Positions 45,815 through 56,443 of a stretch of DNA of 64,000 bases are shown here, piece by piece. The translations under genes were made by a program, and so were the position numbers. Under the pieces are notes generated by a model. That model ran no database searches. It had not been told where the DNA came from and saw nothing but the letters and a program-made list of their open reading frames with translations. Every line of letters starts with the position of its first letter. Positions within the stretch are counted from its first letter, which is position 1. The DNA is from Planctomycetota bacterium (GTDB taxonomy: Bacteria; Planctomycetota; PLA2; JAEUHO01). The stretch covers positions 78,846-142,845 of the forward strand of contig JAJDEN010000020.1 in the NCBI GenBank assembly GCA_029259775.1. The letters are read 5' to 3'.

Positions 45815-46957
45815 CTAGAGCTTGAAGGTGAGGCCGGCGAAGCCACCAAAGTCGATCGTGGCCTGCTGGTCCTCGAGGTTCTCGGTGAACCCGATCTCGA
45901 ACTCGATACGCTCGCTGATGTCGGCCTTCATCGCCACGTTGATGTAGGCGCTGATGCCCGGGTAGGCGGCGAGATTCTTGACCAGGCGGCTCGCCGCGTT
46001 GACCTCGATGATGAAGCTGTGGCTCTGGTTCCACGCGAACTCGAGCGCCACGAAGCCCTGGCCACGCACCGACTCGTACTCGATGCCATCGAGGGAGGTG
46101 TCGCTGAACCATGTGCCGCCGAGGCCCGCGTACAGGTCCCAGCGATGCCCGAGCTGCTTCGCCACCACGAACTGCAAGCCGACGTCGACACCGCCGCTGT
46201 CGTACGGATCCGTGCCGGTCGGCAGCGCGAGACGGGTGATCACCGAGCCGCGCCAGTCCGAGCGGCAGCAGGGCTGGATCACGTTCCAGTGCGCCTCGAG
46301 CTCGATGTTGCCGAGGCCGACGCCGCGCTTGTCGTCCCACGAGATCGCGTTGAACGCGTCGTCCCGCCCGTTGACGAAGTAGGAGTCGTTGGTGAAGAAC
46401 GGGCGGCCGTTGTCGAGGAACCCGAGCGGTTCGGTCAGCTCGTGGAACCAGTCGATGGGACCGTCCATGAAGCCGGCACCGCGCCACTGGAGCGGCACGC
46501 GGATCCCGACGCTCAGGCGCGGGTAGAGGCCGTAGCGGAGGTTGAGCTCGGTCGTCTGATGCTCGCCGTCGACGATGAAGCGACGGTCGGCGGGCGTGGG
46601 ACCGATGTTGCTCTGGTTCCAGCCGAAGTCGTTGCCCCGGTCGACGTGGAACTTCACGATCCACGAGCGGTAGGGCAGGGGATCCGGCGCACTCGCCGGC
46701 AGGGTCAGCTTGGGCTGCGCGAGGATCCACTCGTCCCGGATCTCGCTCGGACCCTTCGGCGCCCACGCGTCGCGCAGGATCTCGTAGCGCCCAGGCCGGG
46801 GCTGGCGCGTCAGACGCGGCTGCCGGACGGTGACCTGGTCGGCCCGCGCCCCGGCGGGCACGGCGATGCTCGTCGGACGCAGGTCCTGCGCGACGGCCTC
46901 GGCGGTGGTGAGTGCGCCATGCAGAATGCAGGCAACGATGGCGAACGCAGTACGCAT
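45815..46957 (-). CDS. outer-membrane beta-barrel protein (DUF3187-like)
   Basis: Signal peptide; DGPIDWFHE; LPTG; alternating strands; C-terminal FTENL...DFGGFAGLTFKL. Confidence 0.7.
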   Translation of the reverse strand: MRTAFAIVACILHGALTTAEAVAQDLRPTSIAVPAGARADQVTVRQPRLTRQPRPGRYEILRDAWAPKGPSEIRDEWILAQPKLTLPASAPDPLPYRSWIVKFHVDRGNDFGWNQSNIGPTPADRRFIVDGEHQTTELNLRYGLYPRLSVGIRVPLQWRGAGFMDGPIDWFHELTEPLGFLDNGRPFFTNDSYFVNGRDDAFNAISWDDKRGVGLGNIELEAHWNVIQPCCRSDWRGSVITRLALPTGTDPYDSGGVDVGLQFVVAKQLGHRWDLYAGLGGTWFSDTSLDGIEYESVRGQGFVALEFAWNQSHSFIIEVNAASRLVKNLAAYPGISAYINVAMKADISERIEFEIGFTENLEDQQATIDFGGFAGLTFKL

Positions 46958-47021
46958 GGCTGGGTGGATCCCTCCGGGGCGGACTCTAGCAAGGAATTGC
47001 CCGGAACTGGCGCCAGGCCCG

Positions 47022-49757
47022 CTATCCAACGTCGCGCCCCGGACGCGGGTCCCGGCGCCAGACGTTGCGCATGAGGCGACGGCGCTCCCGGGGATCGGAC
47101 GCGGCGCGGGCCAGGGTGCGCATGCCGCGGCGGGCAGCGAAGCGGTGACCGACCGCGCGACCGTCGTCGCCCACGCCGCGGAAGACGCGCGCCAGGACGT
47201 CATGCAGGCGCACGTCGTCGGCTCGGTTACGGCGTGTGACCTCGAGCAGCGAGGAAGCCGCGACCGCGGCCGCCCGTGCTTCTTCGAGGCGTCCGGCCGT
47301 CCGGAGCGCGTCGGCCAGGTGCGCGTAGCACGTCGCGCGTAGATCGACGGGCAAGTGTGTGTCGGCACCGAGCAGCTCGAATCCGGCGCACGCCTCCTCC
47401 ACGCGCCCCGCCGCCATGTGCAGGCGCGCGGCCGCCATGCGCCCGACAGCCTTCTGGGGTCCGACGGGGAGGATGTCGCGCGCACGGCCGGCGTCGCCAG
47501 ACCGCAAGCTCGCGTCCACGAGCGCGGCGCGGGCGCGATCGGCCTCCTCTTCGAAGCCGGCACTGCGAAGATCGCGCTCGCAGCGCACGAGCAGATGATC
47601 TGCGCCGGGCACGCCGGCGCGGAGGTCGGCGCGCGCCAGGACGGCGGCGGCCTTGACGCGCCCGAGCGCCGTGGACGCGAGGCCTGCCGCCATCTCCGCG
47701 TGGTGGCGCTCGCGCAGCAGGTCGCCGCAGCCTCGGAAGGCGGAAGCCAAGGCCAGGTGGATGCGCGGCAGCAATCGGCTTGCGCGGCTGGACTCCGCTG
47801 CGGCCAGGGCAACGCGCAGGCGATCTGCGGCGCGGTCGTAGTCGTCGAGCCACATGAGCGTCCGGCCCGCGAGCAAGTTCGCCTCGGCCGTACCCCGCGC
47901 GTCGCCGAGCAGACGCAAGAGGTTGCCCGCACGCTGCAACGGCTCGAGCGCCGCGGCCAGACGGCCGTGCCGGATCTCGCTGGAACCGAGCGCGAGAAGC
48001 AGCTCCCCCGCCGCATGGACATCTCCGTGCATGAGGCGGAGCCGCACGGCACGGCGCCGATGCGACGCGGCCGCACGCGGTCGATCGTCCGCCGTGGCAC
48101 AGGCTGCGAGCCCCTCGTGCCAGCGGGCGCTGCGCTCCAGATCGCCAGGTGCGCAGGTCGGTGCGGCGTGGCGCCACGCGCGACGGGCGGCGGCCGGATC
48201 ACCAGCGCTCAGGTCGAGTTTCGCGAGCAGGGCCCAGGCGTCGAAGTGGATGGCGTCCTGTTGGACGGGAAAGCACGGTAGGCCCTCCGCGAGGAGGGTG
48301 CGCGCCTCGTCGGCCTGCCTATGACGGGCCTGGGCAAGCAGGTGCGCGGCGGACGGCGTCGCCGACAGCGCGGCGGGGCCGAGCAACGCGCGGGCCGCGG
48401 ACTCGCGGCCCGCATGCCAGAGGCGGTGCGCGACGTGCGCGACGCCGGCATCCCCGGCCGACAACCGCGCGGCCGCCTCCGCGAGCACGTCGAGATGCCA
48501 GCCCTCGGCCGTGCGCAGGACGGGAAGCTGCTCGAGGCACGCGGCGAGGCCCTCGCCGACGGCGCCGGGCTCGCTCCCCATCGCAACGAGCCGCAACCGG
48601 CGCACGGCATCGTCGCGATGCGCGCCGCCACGGACGACGCGCCGGGTCCATGCCGCCTCGAGACGCGCGCGCGCACCCGAGCGCGCGGCCGGCGACATGC
48701 GCTCACGGTAGGCACGCTGCTTCGCGCGGGTGGCGAAGTAGCGAGCGGACGCCAGACCACCGCGTGCGGCCACGGCCTCGTCGAGCAGGGCGCGGGCGAA
48801 GGACCGTTTCACGCCCGCCGCGTCGGCGAGCAGGGCTACGTCGTCCGGGGTGCCCTGGACGGCGGCCACTTCGAGCACGCGACGGGCCGGCGCGCCCTGC
48901 GTCCGGATCCATTGCAGGAACGCGCCGCCGGTGCGGCGTCCGTCCGGCCAGGTCTCGGGAGCGCGCGTGACGACGACGCTGCGACCGCGAAGCTCGAGTT
49001 CGCCGGCTCGCGCCATGCGGCGGACGGCCTCGATGACGCGCCCGGGCAGTCCATCGCACGTCTTCGTGAGCGCCGGCGCCAGACGCCGAGCGGTGGCCGG
49101 ATGGCGCAGCCAACGTCGGAGCAGGAGCTCGACCTGCGTCACGCCGAGCGGCTCGACTTCCCACGCGATCTGCGAGACGACACGGGAGGACCCGTCGGTG
49201 GCGCCCGCGATGACGCCGAAGCCATGTCCTTGGGCCGAGGGCATGAGGACGGCGAGCGTGGCCTCGTCGAGGTCATGCAGGTCGTCGACGAGCACCGGGC
49301 CGATCGGGGCGAGGCGCTCGACCAGGGAACGCACGAGCCGCGGGTCGAGTGCGGAGGCGCCGCGCCGGCTCGGACGGTCGCCCAGCCACGCAGCCAACAC
49401 GAGGATCTCGTCGCGAGCGAGGGGGTGCACGGCGCGCAGCGCACGCTCGAGGGCAGGCCCGGCCGGCTGGGGGAACACGCGTCGCAACAGCTCGTGGAGC
49501 GGGGCCATCGGGATGCGTGCGTCGGGCGCCGGGTGGATACGCAGGAGTCGCGGCGCGCCGGTCTCGCGGATCAACTGGTCGGCCTCGTCGAGCATGCGTG
49601 AGATGCCCGCGCCGGAGGGCCCCCAGAGCGTGATCCATCCCGCACCGCGCTGCCGCACCCGCAGCTGCGTCTTGAGACGTCCGAGCAGCGGCTCACGCCC
49701 TGTCAGGGGGACCGCGTGGCGGTACTCGAACCAGTCCGGGGCGCCTGAGGGTTGCAC
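47022..49757 (-). CDS. AAA_16/STAND-like ATPase with helical TPR-like C-terminus, degenerate Walker A
   Basis: LTGRE; WGPSGAGISRML; VLVDDLHDLDEAT; CDGLP; Ala/Arg-rich helical repeats. Confidence 0.65.
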   Translation of the reverse strand: MQPSGAPDWFEYRHAVPLTGREPLLGRLKTQLRVRQRGAGWITLWGPSGAGISRMLDEADQLIRETGAPRLLRIHPAPDARIPMAPLHELLRRVFPQPAGPALERALRAVHPLARDEILVLAAWLGDRPSRRGASALDPRLVRSLVERLAPIGPVLVDDLHDLDEATLAVLMPSAQGHGFGVIAGATDGSSRVVSQIAWEVEPLGVTQVELLLRRWLRHPATARRLAPALTKTCDGLPGRVIEAVRRMARAGELELRGRSVVVTRAPETWPDGRRTGGAFLQWIRTQGAPARRVLEVAAVQGTPDDVALLADAAGVKRSFARALLDEAVAARGGLASARYFATRAKQRAYRERMSPAARSGARARLEAAWTRRVVRGGAHRDDAVRRLRLVAMGSEPGAVGEGLAACLEQLPVLRTAEGWHLDVLAEAAARLSAGDAGVAHVAHRLWHAGRESAARALLGPAALSATPSAAHLLAQARHRQADEARTLLAEGLPCFPVQQDAIHFDAWALLAKLDLSAGDPAAARRAWRHAAPTCAPGDLERSARWHEGLAACATADDRPRAAASHRRRAVRLRLMHGDVHAAGELLLALGSSEIRHGRLAAALEPLQRAGNLLRLLGDARGTAEANLLAGRTLMWLDDYDRAADRLRVALAAAESSRASRLLPRIHLALASAFRGCGDLLRERHHAEMAAGLASTALGRVKAAAVLARADLRAGVPGADHLLVRCERDLRSAGFEEEADRARAALVDASLRSGDAGRARDILPVGPQKAVGRMAAARLHMAAGRVEEACAGFELLGADTHLPVDLRATCYAHLADALRTAGRLEEARAAAVAASSLLEVTRRNRADDVRLHDVLARVFRGVGDDGRAVGHRFAARRGMRTLARAASDPRERRRLMRNVWRRDPRPGRDVG

Positions 49758-49838
49758 GGTCCCCTATCGGCACTTCCCGCGCATGCCCCAAGGCCGAAGC
49801 ATCCCCCGGCGAGAGGTCCATTGGAAGGCCTCCAGGGC

Positions 49839-51005
49839 CTAGAGCGCACCGTGGAACAGAGGGCCGCGGACGGTCTCCTCGGTCTGCATCGTGGAGGCCA
49901 CATGATCCACGATGTCGGCGGCCGCCGAGGGCCGCCCCATGTGGCGGGCGCGGCGAGCCAGAGTGGCCCGCAGATCGGGGTCGTCCAGCAGCTGGACGGT
50001 CCGGCAGCGAACCTCTTCCGGGGTCAGGGCGCGGAAGCCCGCGCGCGCCTCGACGACAGCATCTGCGTTGCGCTCTTCCTGCCCGGGAATCGAGCCGGAG
50101 ATCACCATCGGCCGGCCGGCTGCCATGCACTCCGAGGTGCTCATGCCGCCGCTCTTGGAGATGACGACGTCGGCGACGGCCATGAGGTCGCGCACGTCGT
50201 GGACAAAGCCCAGAGGCAGCAGGACCGCGCCCTCCGGCCGAGGCAAGCGGGCGATGCGTCGGCGCAGCCGCTCATTGCGGCCGCACACGGCGATGACCTG
50301 GATGTCGCGGCGGTCGCGCCACAGACCGAGGATGGAGCGGCCCATCGGGCCGGCAGCGAAGCCCCCGCTCAAGAACAGCACCGTGGGCCGGTCCGGGTCC
50401 AGCCCATAGCGCACGCGCACGCGGGCGAGGTCCGGTTGGGTGGAGAAGTCGGGCCGGACGGGGATGCCCGTGACGTCGATCCGCTTCTCATCGACTCCGT
50501 AGGTGAGAACCATGCGTGTCTTCACCAGGTCGCTCGCCACGTAGTAGTGGTCGACCTCGGGGTAGTACCAGTTGCGGTGCGTGTCGTGATCGGTGATCAC
50601 CGCATGCAACCGAGTGTCGATCTTGCCCTTGCGCAGGGCCCGCCCCAGCAGCTCGGGGGCAAGAAAGTGCGTGCACAGCACCACGTCGGGCTTGCGCTGC
50701 TTGACCAGGCGCACGAAGCGCCTGCCGGCGATGACCGTGATGGCGTGGGCGAGGCGTGACGTCTTCTCGTTCGTGATGTCGTAGAGATGGCGCCAGAGCA
50801 GCGGGTGCTTGTCGACGAGGCGGATGTAGCCCCAGCGGTAGACGTGCTTGAAGACGTTGTTCGTCAGCGCGACGCAGTCCACATGGGTCGTCTCGATCTC
50901 GGGATGCCGCAGCTTCAGCGCGGCGGCCACGGCCTTGCCGGCCATCGTGTGACCGTGCCCCGCCGAGCCGCTGACCACGAGCACACGAGGATTCGAGGGG
51001 GACAC
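49839..51005 (-). CDS. MGDG synthase/UgtP-family glycosyltransferase (GT28)
   Basis: SAGHGH; CTHFL; VITDH; TGIPV; SKSGGMSTSE; PGQEERNA. Confidence 0.92.
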   Translation of the reverse strand: MSPSNPRVLVVSGSAGHGHTMAGKAVAAALKLRHPEIETTHVDCVALTNNVFKHVYRWGYIRLVDKHPLLWRHLYDITNEKTSRLAHAITVIAGRRFVRLVKQRKPDVVLCTHFLAPELLGRALRKGKIDTRLHAVITDHDTHRNWYYPEVDHYYVASDLVKTRMVLTYGVDEKRIDVTGIPVRPDFSTQPDLARVRVRYGLDPDRPTVLFLSGGFAAGPMGRSILGLWRDRRDIQVIAVCGRNERLRRRIARLPRPEGAVLLPLGFVHDVRDLMAVADVVISKSGGMSTSECMAAGRPMVISGSIPGQEERNADAVVEARAGFRALTPEEVRCRTVQLLDDPDLRATLARRARHMGRPSAAADIVDHVASTMQTEETVRGPLFHGAL

Positions 51006-51128
51006 GACGGCTCCGGTTGGCGCACTCCGGCTGGGGCGGGGCGCGGGATGCTACCACGTTACCTACGGCTCACATGCCTAGCAGCGGCCTCCTTCCCTGC
51101 GGCTCGGTCGACCGTCGTCAGCACCCGC

Positions 51129-51321
51129 GTAGGGGCGCCCCTCGTGGGCGCCCACACCAGCCTGATGTTCGGCCTTGGGCCATGGCGTGACGCATCCGGC
51201 TGCTCACCTGCGCCGGGAAGATGGAACGCCGTCCGCGGAAGGGCGACCACAAGGGTCGCCCCTACCCGTAAGGGCACGCGACGGAGGGGGCGTCCCGGGC
51301 GACCACAAGGGTCGCCCCTAC
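51129..51321. repeat. REP cluster (REPIN-like): one + strand and two - strand GTAG palindromes
   Basis: GTAGGGGCGCCCCTCGTGGGCGCCC at 51129-51153; GGGCGACCACAAGGGTCGCCCCTAC at 51241-51265 and 51297-51321. Confidence 0.9.
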
Positions 51322-51379
51322 ACGCCCCGAGCCACCGATCGCCCCCGGCATCAAGCTCAGCGCCCTCCCAGTGCGCCGG

Positions 51380-54300
51380 CTACGAGCAGCCGGAGGTGGC
51401 TCCGCAGGTCTCACACTTCTCACACGTGCCGTTGCGCACCATGGTGAACGAACCGCAGTCGGGGCAGGCGTCGCCGGTGTAGCCCTGCAGACGCGCCTTC
51501 TCGGCCTCGGTCATCGCCACGCTTCCGCGGTAGCTGAACCGCGCTTCGCGCACCTCGGAGCGGGTCTGGACCGTGACGTTCTCGGCCGACGGCGAGGCCG
51601 GCTGCGAGAGCGAGTAGCCGGTGCTCTTGGGACGCAGGGTCTCGCTCGCAAACACGCCTTTCGACGTACCCGCGCCATGCTCGACGCCGTGGCCGTTGCC
51701 GTTGCCATTCCCGCCTCCAGCGCCGCTTCCGCTGGCATGTGCCTCGCCGGACGCGCTCCCGTTGGACCCGCCCCCGTCAGCCCCGCCCGCATCAGACCCG
51801 CCCGCATCAGACACGTCCTGGGTGACCGTGCGCTCCTCGACGAGCTCTTCGCTGTCGTACTCGGGCGTGGCCTCGCCGGCGTCCGCATCGCCACGGACCG
51901 CGTCGGACGTGAGGTCCTCGGGCGTGACCTGCGCGAGATCCTTGCGGTCCAGGTAGGACACAGCCAGCTCGCGGAAGATGTAGTCGATGATCGACGTGGA
52001 CATCTTGATCCGGTCGTTGCCCTTGACGATGCCGTTGGGCTCGAAGCGCGTGAACGTGTAGGCGTCCACGAACTCCTCGAGCGGCACGCCGTACTGCAGG
52101 CCGATCGAGACGGCGATCGCGAAGCAGTTCATCAAGCTCCGGAAGGCAGCGCCCTCCTTGTGCATGTCGATGAAGACCTCTCCGATGTGGCCATCGGTGT
52201 ACTCGCCCGTGCGCAGGTACACCTTGTGCCCGCCGATCATGGCCTTCTGCGTGTACCCGCCGCGACGCTGGGGCATCCGGCGACGCTTGGACAGGTAGCG
52301 GACGACAACGCGCTCGCGGATCTTGTTCGCCGCGGCGCGGACGCGCGTGTCGAGGCGATCGCTGACGAGATCTTCGGGCCCGGTCGCATCGGGGCCGGTG
52401 GCGTTGGGATTGCCACCCTCGGCCTCCTCGAGCAGCTCGGCGAGATCGAGCTCGGTCGTCGTGTTGAGCGGCTGGCTCAGCTTGCTGCCGTCGCGGTAGA
52501 GCGCCATCGCCTTGATCATCTTGCCCCAGGAGAGGCGGTAGGCGTCGGTGACGTCCTCCACGCTCGCCTCGTGCGGCATGTTGATCGTCTTGCTGATCGC
52601 GCCGGAGATGAACGGCTGCGCGGCCGCCATCTGATTGATGTGGCCGACGGCCGAGATCGAGCGCTGGCCGTAGCGGCCGCACTTGTTGGCGCAGTCGAAG
52701 ACGGGGAGATGTTCGTCCTTGAGGCCCGGCGCGCCCTCGATGGTCATCGTGCCGCAGATGGCGTCGTTGGCCTCGTGCACCTGGTCCCGATCGAACCCGA
52801 GGAAGCCCAGCAGGTCGAAGCTCGGATCCTCATAGATGTGCGTCGGCACCTTCAGCTCGTCGCGCAGGAAGTCGTCGCCCACGGTGAAGCGGTTGATGAC
52901 GAACGAGATGTCGAACGCGGACGGCAACTGCGCTTCGATCCGGTCGATGATCTCGGACGTGAAGCCCTTGACCCGCAGCGTCACCTCGTTGATCTGCGGC
53001 GCGCCCCTGAGCGACCCGGTGCCCTTGACGTACCGGACGATCTCCTCGGTCTGCTTCTCGTCGTAGCCGAGGTTGCGCAGCGCGATCGGGACCGAGCGGT
53101 TGATGATCCGGAAGTAGCCGCCTCCGGCGAGCTTCTTGAACTTGACCAACGCGAAGTCCGGCTCGATGCCGGTCGTGTCGCAGTCCATGACCAGACCGAT
53201 CGTGCCCGTGGGCGCGAGGACACTGACCTGGGCGTTGCGGTAGCCGTGGCGCTCGCCCTGCTCGACGGCGCGATCCCAAGCGTCACGCGCCGCGGCGACG
53301 AGGTACGACGGGCAGTGCTCGGGGTCGATGCCCATGGGCGTGACCGTGAGCCCCTCGTACTCGGCGGCCGGCGCGTCGTAGGCCGCGCGACGGTGGTTGC
53401 GCATGACGCGCATCATCGACGAGGCGTTGCGCTTGTGACGCGCGAACGGCCCGAGAGCCTCGGCCAACTCGGCGGAGGTGGCGTAGGCCTCGCCCGTCAG
53501 GATCGCCGTGATGGAGCCGTTCCACGAGCGGCCTTCCGGCGAGTCGTAGGGCACACCGAGCTGCATGAGCAGCGAACCGAGGTTCGCGTAGCCGAGACCG
53601 AGCGTGCGGTAGTCCCACGACAGGCGCGCGATGCGCTTGCTCGGGTACTGCGCCATCAGGACGGAGATCTCGAGCACCGTCGTCCAGATGCGAACGGCGT
53701 GGCGGAAGCCCTCGACGTCGAACGACCCCTCGTCCGCGTTGAAGAACGTCACGAGGTTGAGCGAGGCCAGATTGCAGGCCGTGTCATCGAGGAACATGTA
53801 CTCGGAGCACGGGTTGGACGCGTTGATGCGCCCGTCCTTCGGGCACGTGTGCCACTCGTTGATCGTCGTGTCGAACTGGACACCCGGGTCGGCGCAGGCC
53901 CACGCGCTGTAGGCGATGCGCTCCCAGAGGTCACGAGCCCGCAGGGTGCGCGCGATCTGGCGCTCGCCCTGGGGGCCGGGCGTGCGCAGGTAGAGGTGCC
54001 ACTCGCGGTCGTCTTCGACAGCCTTCATGAAGTCGTTGTCGAGACGAACGGAGTTGTTCGAGTTCTGGCCGGAGACGGTGACGTAGGACTCGCTGTCCCA
54101 GTCGGTGCTGTACGTCGGGATGTCGATGCCGGAGAAGCCCTGCTGCGCGAGGGAGACGCAGCGCATCACGTAGTTCATCGGGACGAGCGCGTCACGGGCC
54201 GCCTTGATGGCGACGCGCAGGCGGCTGTTCTGCTTGGGGTCGAAGCGGGCGTCCTCATCGCTGCAGTCCGCGCGCAGCAGGGGATCGGCGCAGGCGCCAA

Positions 54301-55216
54301 AGACGCCGTTGAGCGACTTCTCGAGCATGCGCGAGCCAGACACCAGCGCGGCGACCTTCTGCTCCTCGCGGGACTTCCAGTCGACGAACTCCTCGATGTC
54401 GGGGTGGTCGACGTCGAGGCAGACCATCTTGGCCGCACGACGGGTCGTGCCGCCCGACTTGATGGCGCCGGCTGCGCGGTCGCCGATCTTGAGGAACGAC
54501 ATGAGGCCGGAGGACTTGCCGCCGCCCGAGAGGGGCTCGCCCTCGCCGCGCAGGGCGCTGAAGTTCGTGCCGGTCCCCGAGCCGTACTTGAAGAGACGCG
54601 CCTCACGGACCCAGAGGTCCATGATGCCGCCTTCGCCCACGAGGTCGTCGCCGACGCTCTGGATGAAGCAGGCGTGCGGCTGGGGCCGCTCGTAGGCCGA
54701 CTTGCTCACGTTCAGCCGGCCCGTCTCGGGATCGACGTAGCTGTGGCCCTGGGCCGGACCGTCGATGCCGTAGGCAAAGTGCAGGCCTGTGTTGAACCAC
54801 TGCGGGCTGTTCGGCGCGCAGCGCTGGTCAGCGAGCATGCGGCACAGCTCGTCGTAGAACGCCGACGCGTCCTCCTCGCCGTCGAAGTAGCCGTAGCGCT
54901 CGCCCCAGTGGGTCCAGCAGCCGGCCAGGCGGTGGAACACCTGCCGGGCATCGGTCTCGCCGCCGCAGACCTGCTCACCGCCCGAGTCCAGGACGGGGTC
55001 GCCCGACGGATCGGTCTGGGGCACGCCGGCGCGGCGGAAATACTTCTGGGCCAGCACGTCGGTGGCGACCGAGGACCAGGTGGCCGGGACGCTCACGTCG
55101 TCGAGGTGAAAGACGACCGTGCCGTCCGGATTGCGGATCTCCGAGGTCCTGGAGCTCCACTCGATCCCCTCGTAGGGGTCCTGCCCGGCGGTCGTGAATC
55201 GACGACTGAACTTCAT
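51380..55216 (-). CDS. nrdJ: class II (adenosylcobalamin-dependent) ribonucleotide reductase with TSCPD domain and C-terminal Zn ribbon
   Basis: [10 protein letters not shown]; QPHACFI; GSGTGTNFS; ASNPCSEY; ACNLASLNL; APTGTI; CPDCG...[11 protein letters not shown]. Confidence 0.96.
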   Translation of the reverse strand: MKFSRRFTTAGQDPYEGIEWSSRTSEIRNPDGTVVFHLDDVSVPATWSSVATDVLAQKYFRRAGVPQTDPSGDPVLDSGGEQVCGGETDARQVFHRLAGCWTHWGERYGYFDGEEDASAFYDELCRMLADQRCAPNSPQWFNTGLHFAYGIDGPAQGHSYVDPETGRLNVSKSAYERPQPHACFIQSVGDDLVGEGGIMDLWVREARLFKYGSGTGTNFSALRGEGEPLSGGGKSSGLMSFLKIGDRAAGAIKSGGTTRRAAKMVCLDVDHPDIEEFVDWKSREEQKVAALVSGSRMLEKSLNGVFGACADPLLRADCSDEDARFDPKQNSRLRVAIKAARDALVPMNYVMRCVSLAQQGFSGIDIPTYSTDWDSESYVTVSGQNSNNSVRLDNDFMKAVEDDREWHLYLRTPGPQGERQIARTLRARDLWERIAYSAWACADPGVQFDTTINEWHTCPKDGRINASNPCSEYMFLDDTACNLASLNLVTFFNADEGSFDVEGFRHAVRIWTTVLEISVLMAQYPSKRIARLSWDYRTLGLGYANLGSLLMQLGVPYDSPEGRSWNGSITAILTGEAYATSAELAEALGPFARHKRNASSMMRVMRNHRRAAYDAPAAEYEGLTVTPMGIDPEHCPSYLVAAARDAWDRAVEQGERHGYRNAQVSVLAPTGTIGLVMDCDTTGIEPDFALVKFKKLAGGGYFRIINRSVPIALRNLGYDEKQTEEIVRYVKGTGSLRGAPQINEVTLRVKGFTSEIIDRIEAQLPSAFDISFVINRFTVGDDFLRDELKVPTHIYEDPSFDLLGFLGFDRDQVHEANDAICGTMTIEGAPGLKDEHLPVFDCANKCGRYGQRSISAVGHINQMAAAQPFISGAISKTINMPHEASVEDVTDAYRLSWGKMIKAMALYRDGSKLSQPLNTTTELDLAELLEEAEGGNPNATGPDATGPEDLVSDRLDTRVRAAANKIRERVVVRYLSKRRRMPQRRGGYTQKAMIGGHKVYLRTGEYTDGHIGEVFIDMHKEGAAFRSLMNCFAIAVSIGLQYGVPLEEFVDAYTFTRFEPNGIVKGNDRIKMSTSIIDYIFRELAVSYLDRKDLAQVTPEDLTSDAVRGDADAGEATPEYDSEELVEERTVTQDVSDAGGSDAGGADGGGSNGSASGEAHASGSGAGGGNGNGNGHGVEHGAGTSKGVFASETLRPKSTGYSLSQPASPSAENVTVQTRSEVREARFSYRGSVAMTEAEKARLQGYTGDACPDCGSFTMVRNGTCEKCETCGATSGCS

Positions 55217-55724
55217 ACGTGCCTCTCTCGCAGCGCGCACACGCGCGCGATCTCTCAAATAGCCGTGTCGAAATGAACGTGTTGTCTGCCTGGGCGTGCC
55301 GCGCCGACTGACATGACGTCAGGCGGCAAGACATCCCTGGAACGTCTCTCCCCAGGAGGATCTCTCCCCAGGAGGAGTCGTGCCCCTGGCGATCTGCATT
55401 GGATCCGCCCAGGCGGCGGCCCAGCGCGCCCCCTCCAGGCTCGCTCGTTGCCGTACCCGTCGCATCCCGTCGCACATCGCCACGGCACTGCTTCGCAGCA
55501 CTGCACTGCTTCGCAGCACTCAGGCGCGCGTCACGGCAACGCCCGACAGCCCGCCGCAGGCAGCGCCTCGGAGCCCGCCGCCGTTGCGGCCGGCCTCCCG
55601 GGACTCCCGCCTCCCGGGACTCCCGCCTCTCGGGACCTCCCGGGGCCTTCCCCGAAGTCGTCCCGAAGGTGCTGCCAAACGTGCCGTCGGGCGATCCCGA
55701 CCAACGCAACCCATCTGGTGCCAA

Positions 55725-55772
55725 CCCCAACAGGTTGTGGTCCCATGGGGGTGACTCCACAGCATGTCGTAG
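55725..55772. promoter_or_regulatory. tandem NrdR boxes
   Basis: CCCCAACAGGTTGTGG (55725-55740) and CCACAGCATGTCGTAG (55757-55772), 32 bp apart, upstream of nrdJ. Confidence 0.7.
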
Positions 55773-55931
55773 CACGACCGCCGTGAGAGCGCACGAAGAA
55801 GTTCCGTCGCCAAACCGGATGGCAGCCACTCTCGGCCGCGTCACCAGCTCCACGAGCCCGCCTCACGAACCCGCCTCACGAAGGACAGGCGCCCGCGACC
55901 GGGTTCCTGTGCTGTGCGACGCGCTTCCGCA

Positions 55932-55994
55932 ACGGATCCCTCCGCAACGAGACGCATCCCTCCGCGAAGAGACGGATCCCTCCGCGGCGAGACG
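55932..55994. repeat. 20-bp direct repeat x3
   Basis: ACGGATCCCTCCGCAACGAG / ACGCATCCCTCCGCGAAGAG / ACGGATCCCTCCGCGGCGAG. Confidence 0.9.
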
Positions 55995-56321
55995 TAACCG
56001 CTTCACCCCCCAAGACACGCCTGTCCGGGGTCGAAGAAGTTACGCCCGGGGTGGGACAGTCCCGGGCGGGGTAGGGATCCCGTCGCCGGCGTCCGTGCGG
56101 CAGTGAGGAGGCAGCCTGACGTGCCCCCAAAGCGTCCAAATCCACACCGGCCTGCGCCGCTTCTTGCGGCCGTCTGAAGCCAGTCTGGCGCGCTCGCGAC
56201 GAGCCATCGACGTCCAAGCGCCACCAATGGGGCTGCGCGGGATGACAGACGCCGACAACCGGAATCGCGACGCGATTTGGCGCGAACCAACCGTCCGCCT
56301 TCGGGGTTCGTATAGATAGAC

Positions 56322-56443
56322 GAAGTCGCGGGGGTCGAGCCGACCACCCTCCTCCCTCCCTACCTGAGACGCCTCCCCGTTTCACCGGCTCCCTCCGCGG
56401 CTGACGGGCCGGGCCCGCAAGGGTCCGGCCCGTTCCTTTTTTT
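56322..56443 (+). ncRNA. candidate sRNA with anti-SD (CCUCC) loops
   Basis: TATAGAT -10-like at 56311; nested stems; CCCUCCUCCCUCCC single strand and CCUCCC loop; ends in intrinsic terminator; no credible ORF. Confidence 0.6.
56404..56443 (+). terminator. intrinsic terminator
   Basis: ACGGGCCGGGCCC-GCAA-GGGTCCGGCCCGT followed by TCC and T7. Confidence 0.85.

Noticed and set aside
51380-55216. Intein or intron in nrdJ
   Set aside because: The frame is continuous with no splice motifs; the extra length comes from known NrdJ insertions and a low-complexity Gly/Ala linker.
51371-55276. Very long antisense ORFs (1301 aa here; also 39719..42901, 3665..6250, 57159..60182)
   Set aside because: Shadow frames of real high-GC genes on the opposite strand, with no recognisable domains.
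55217-55720. Cobalamin riboswitch upstream of nrdJ
   Set aside because: The conserved B12-box and GCCACTG/GGGAA arrangement could not be identified by eye; needs an Infernal scan.
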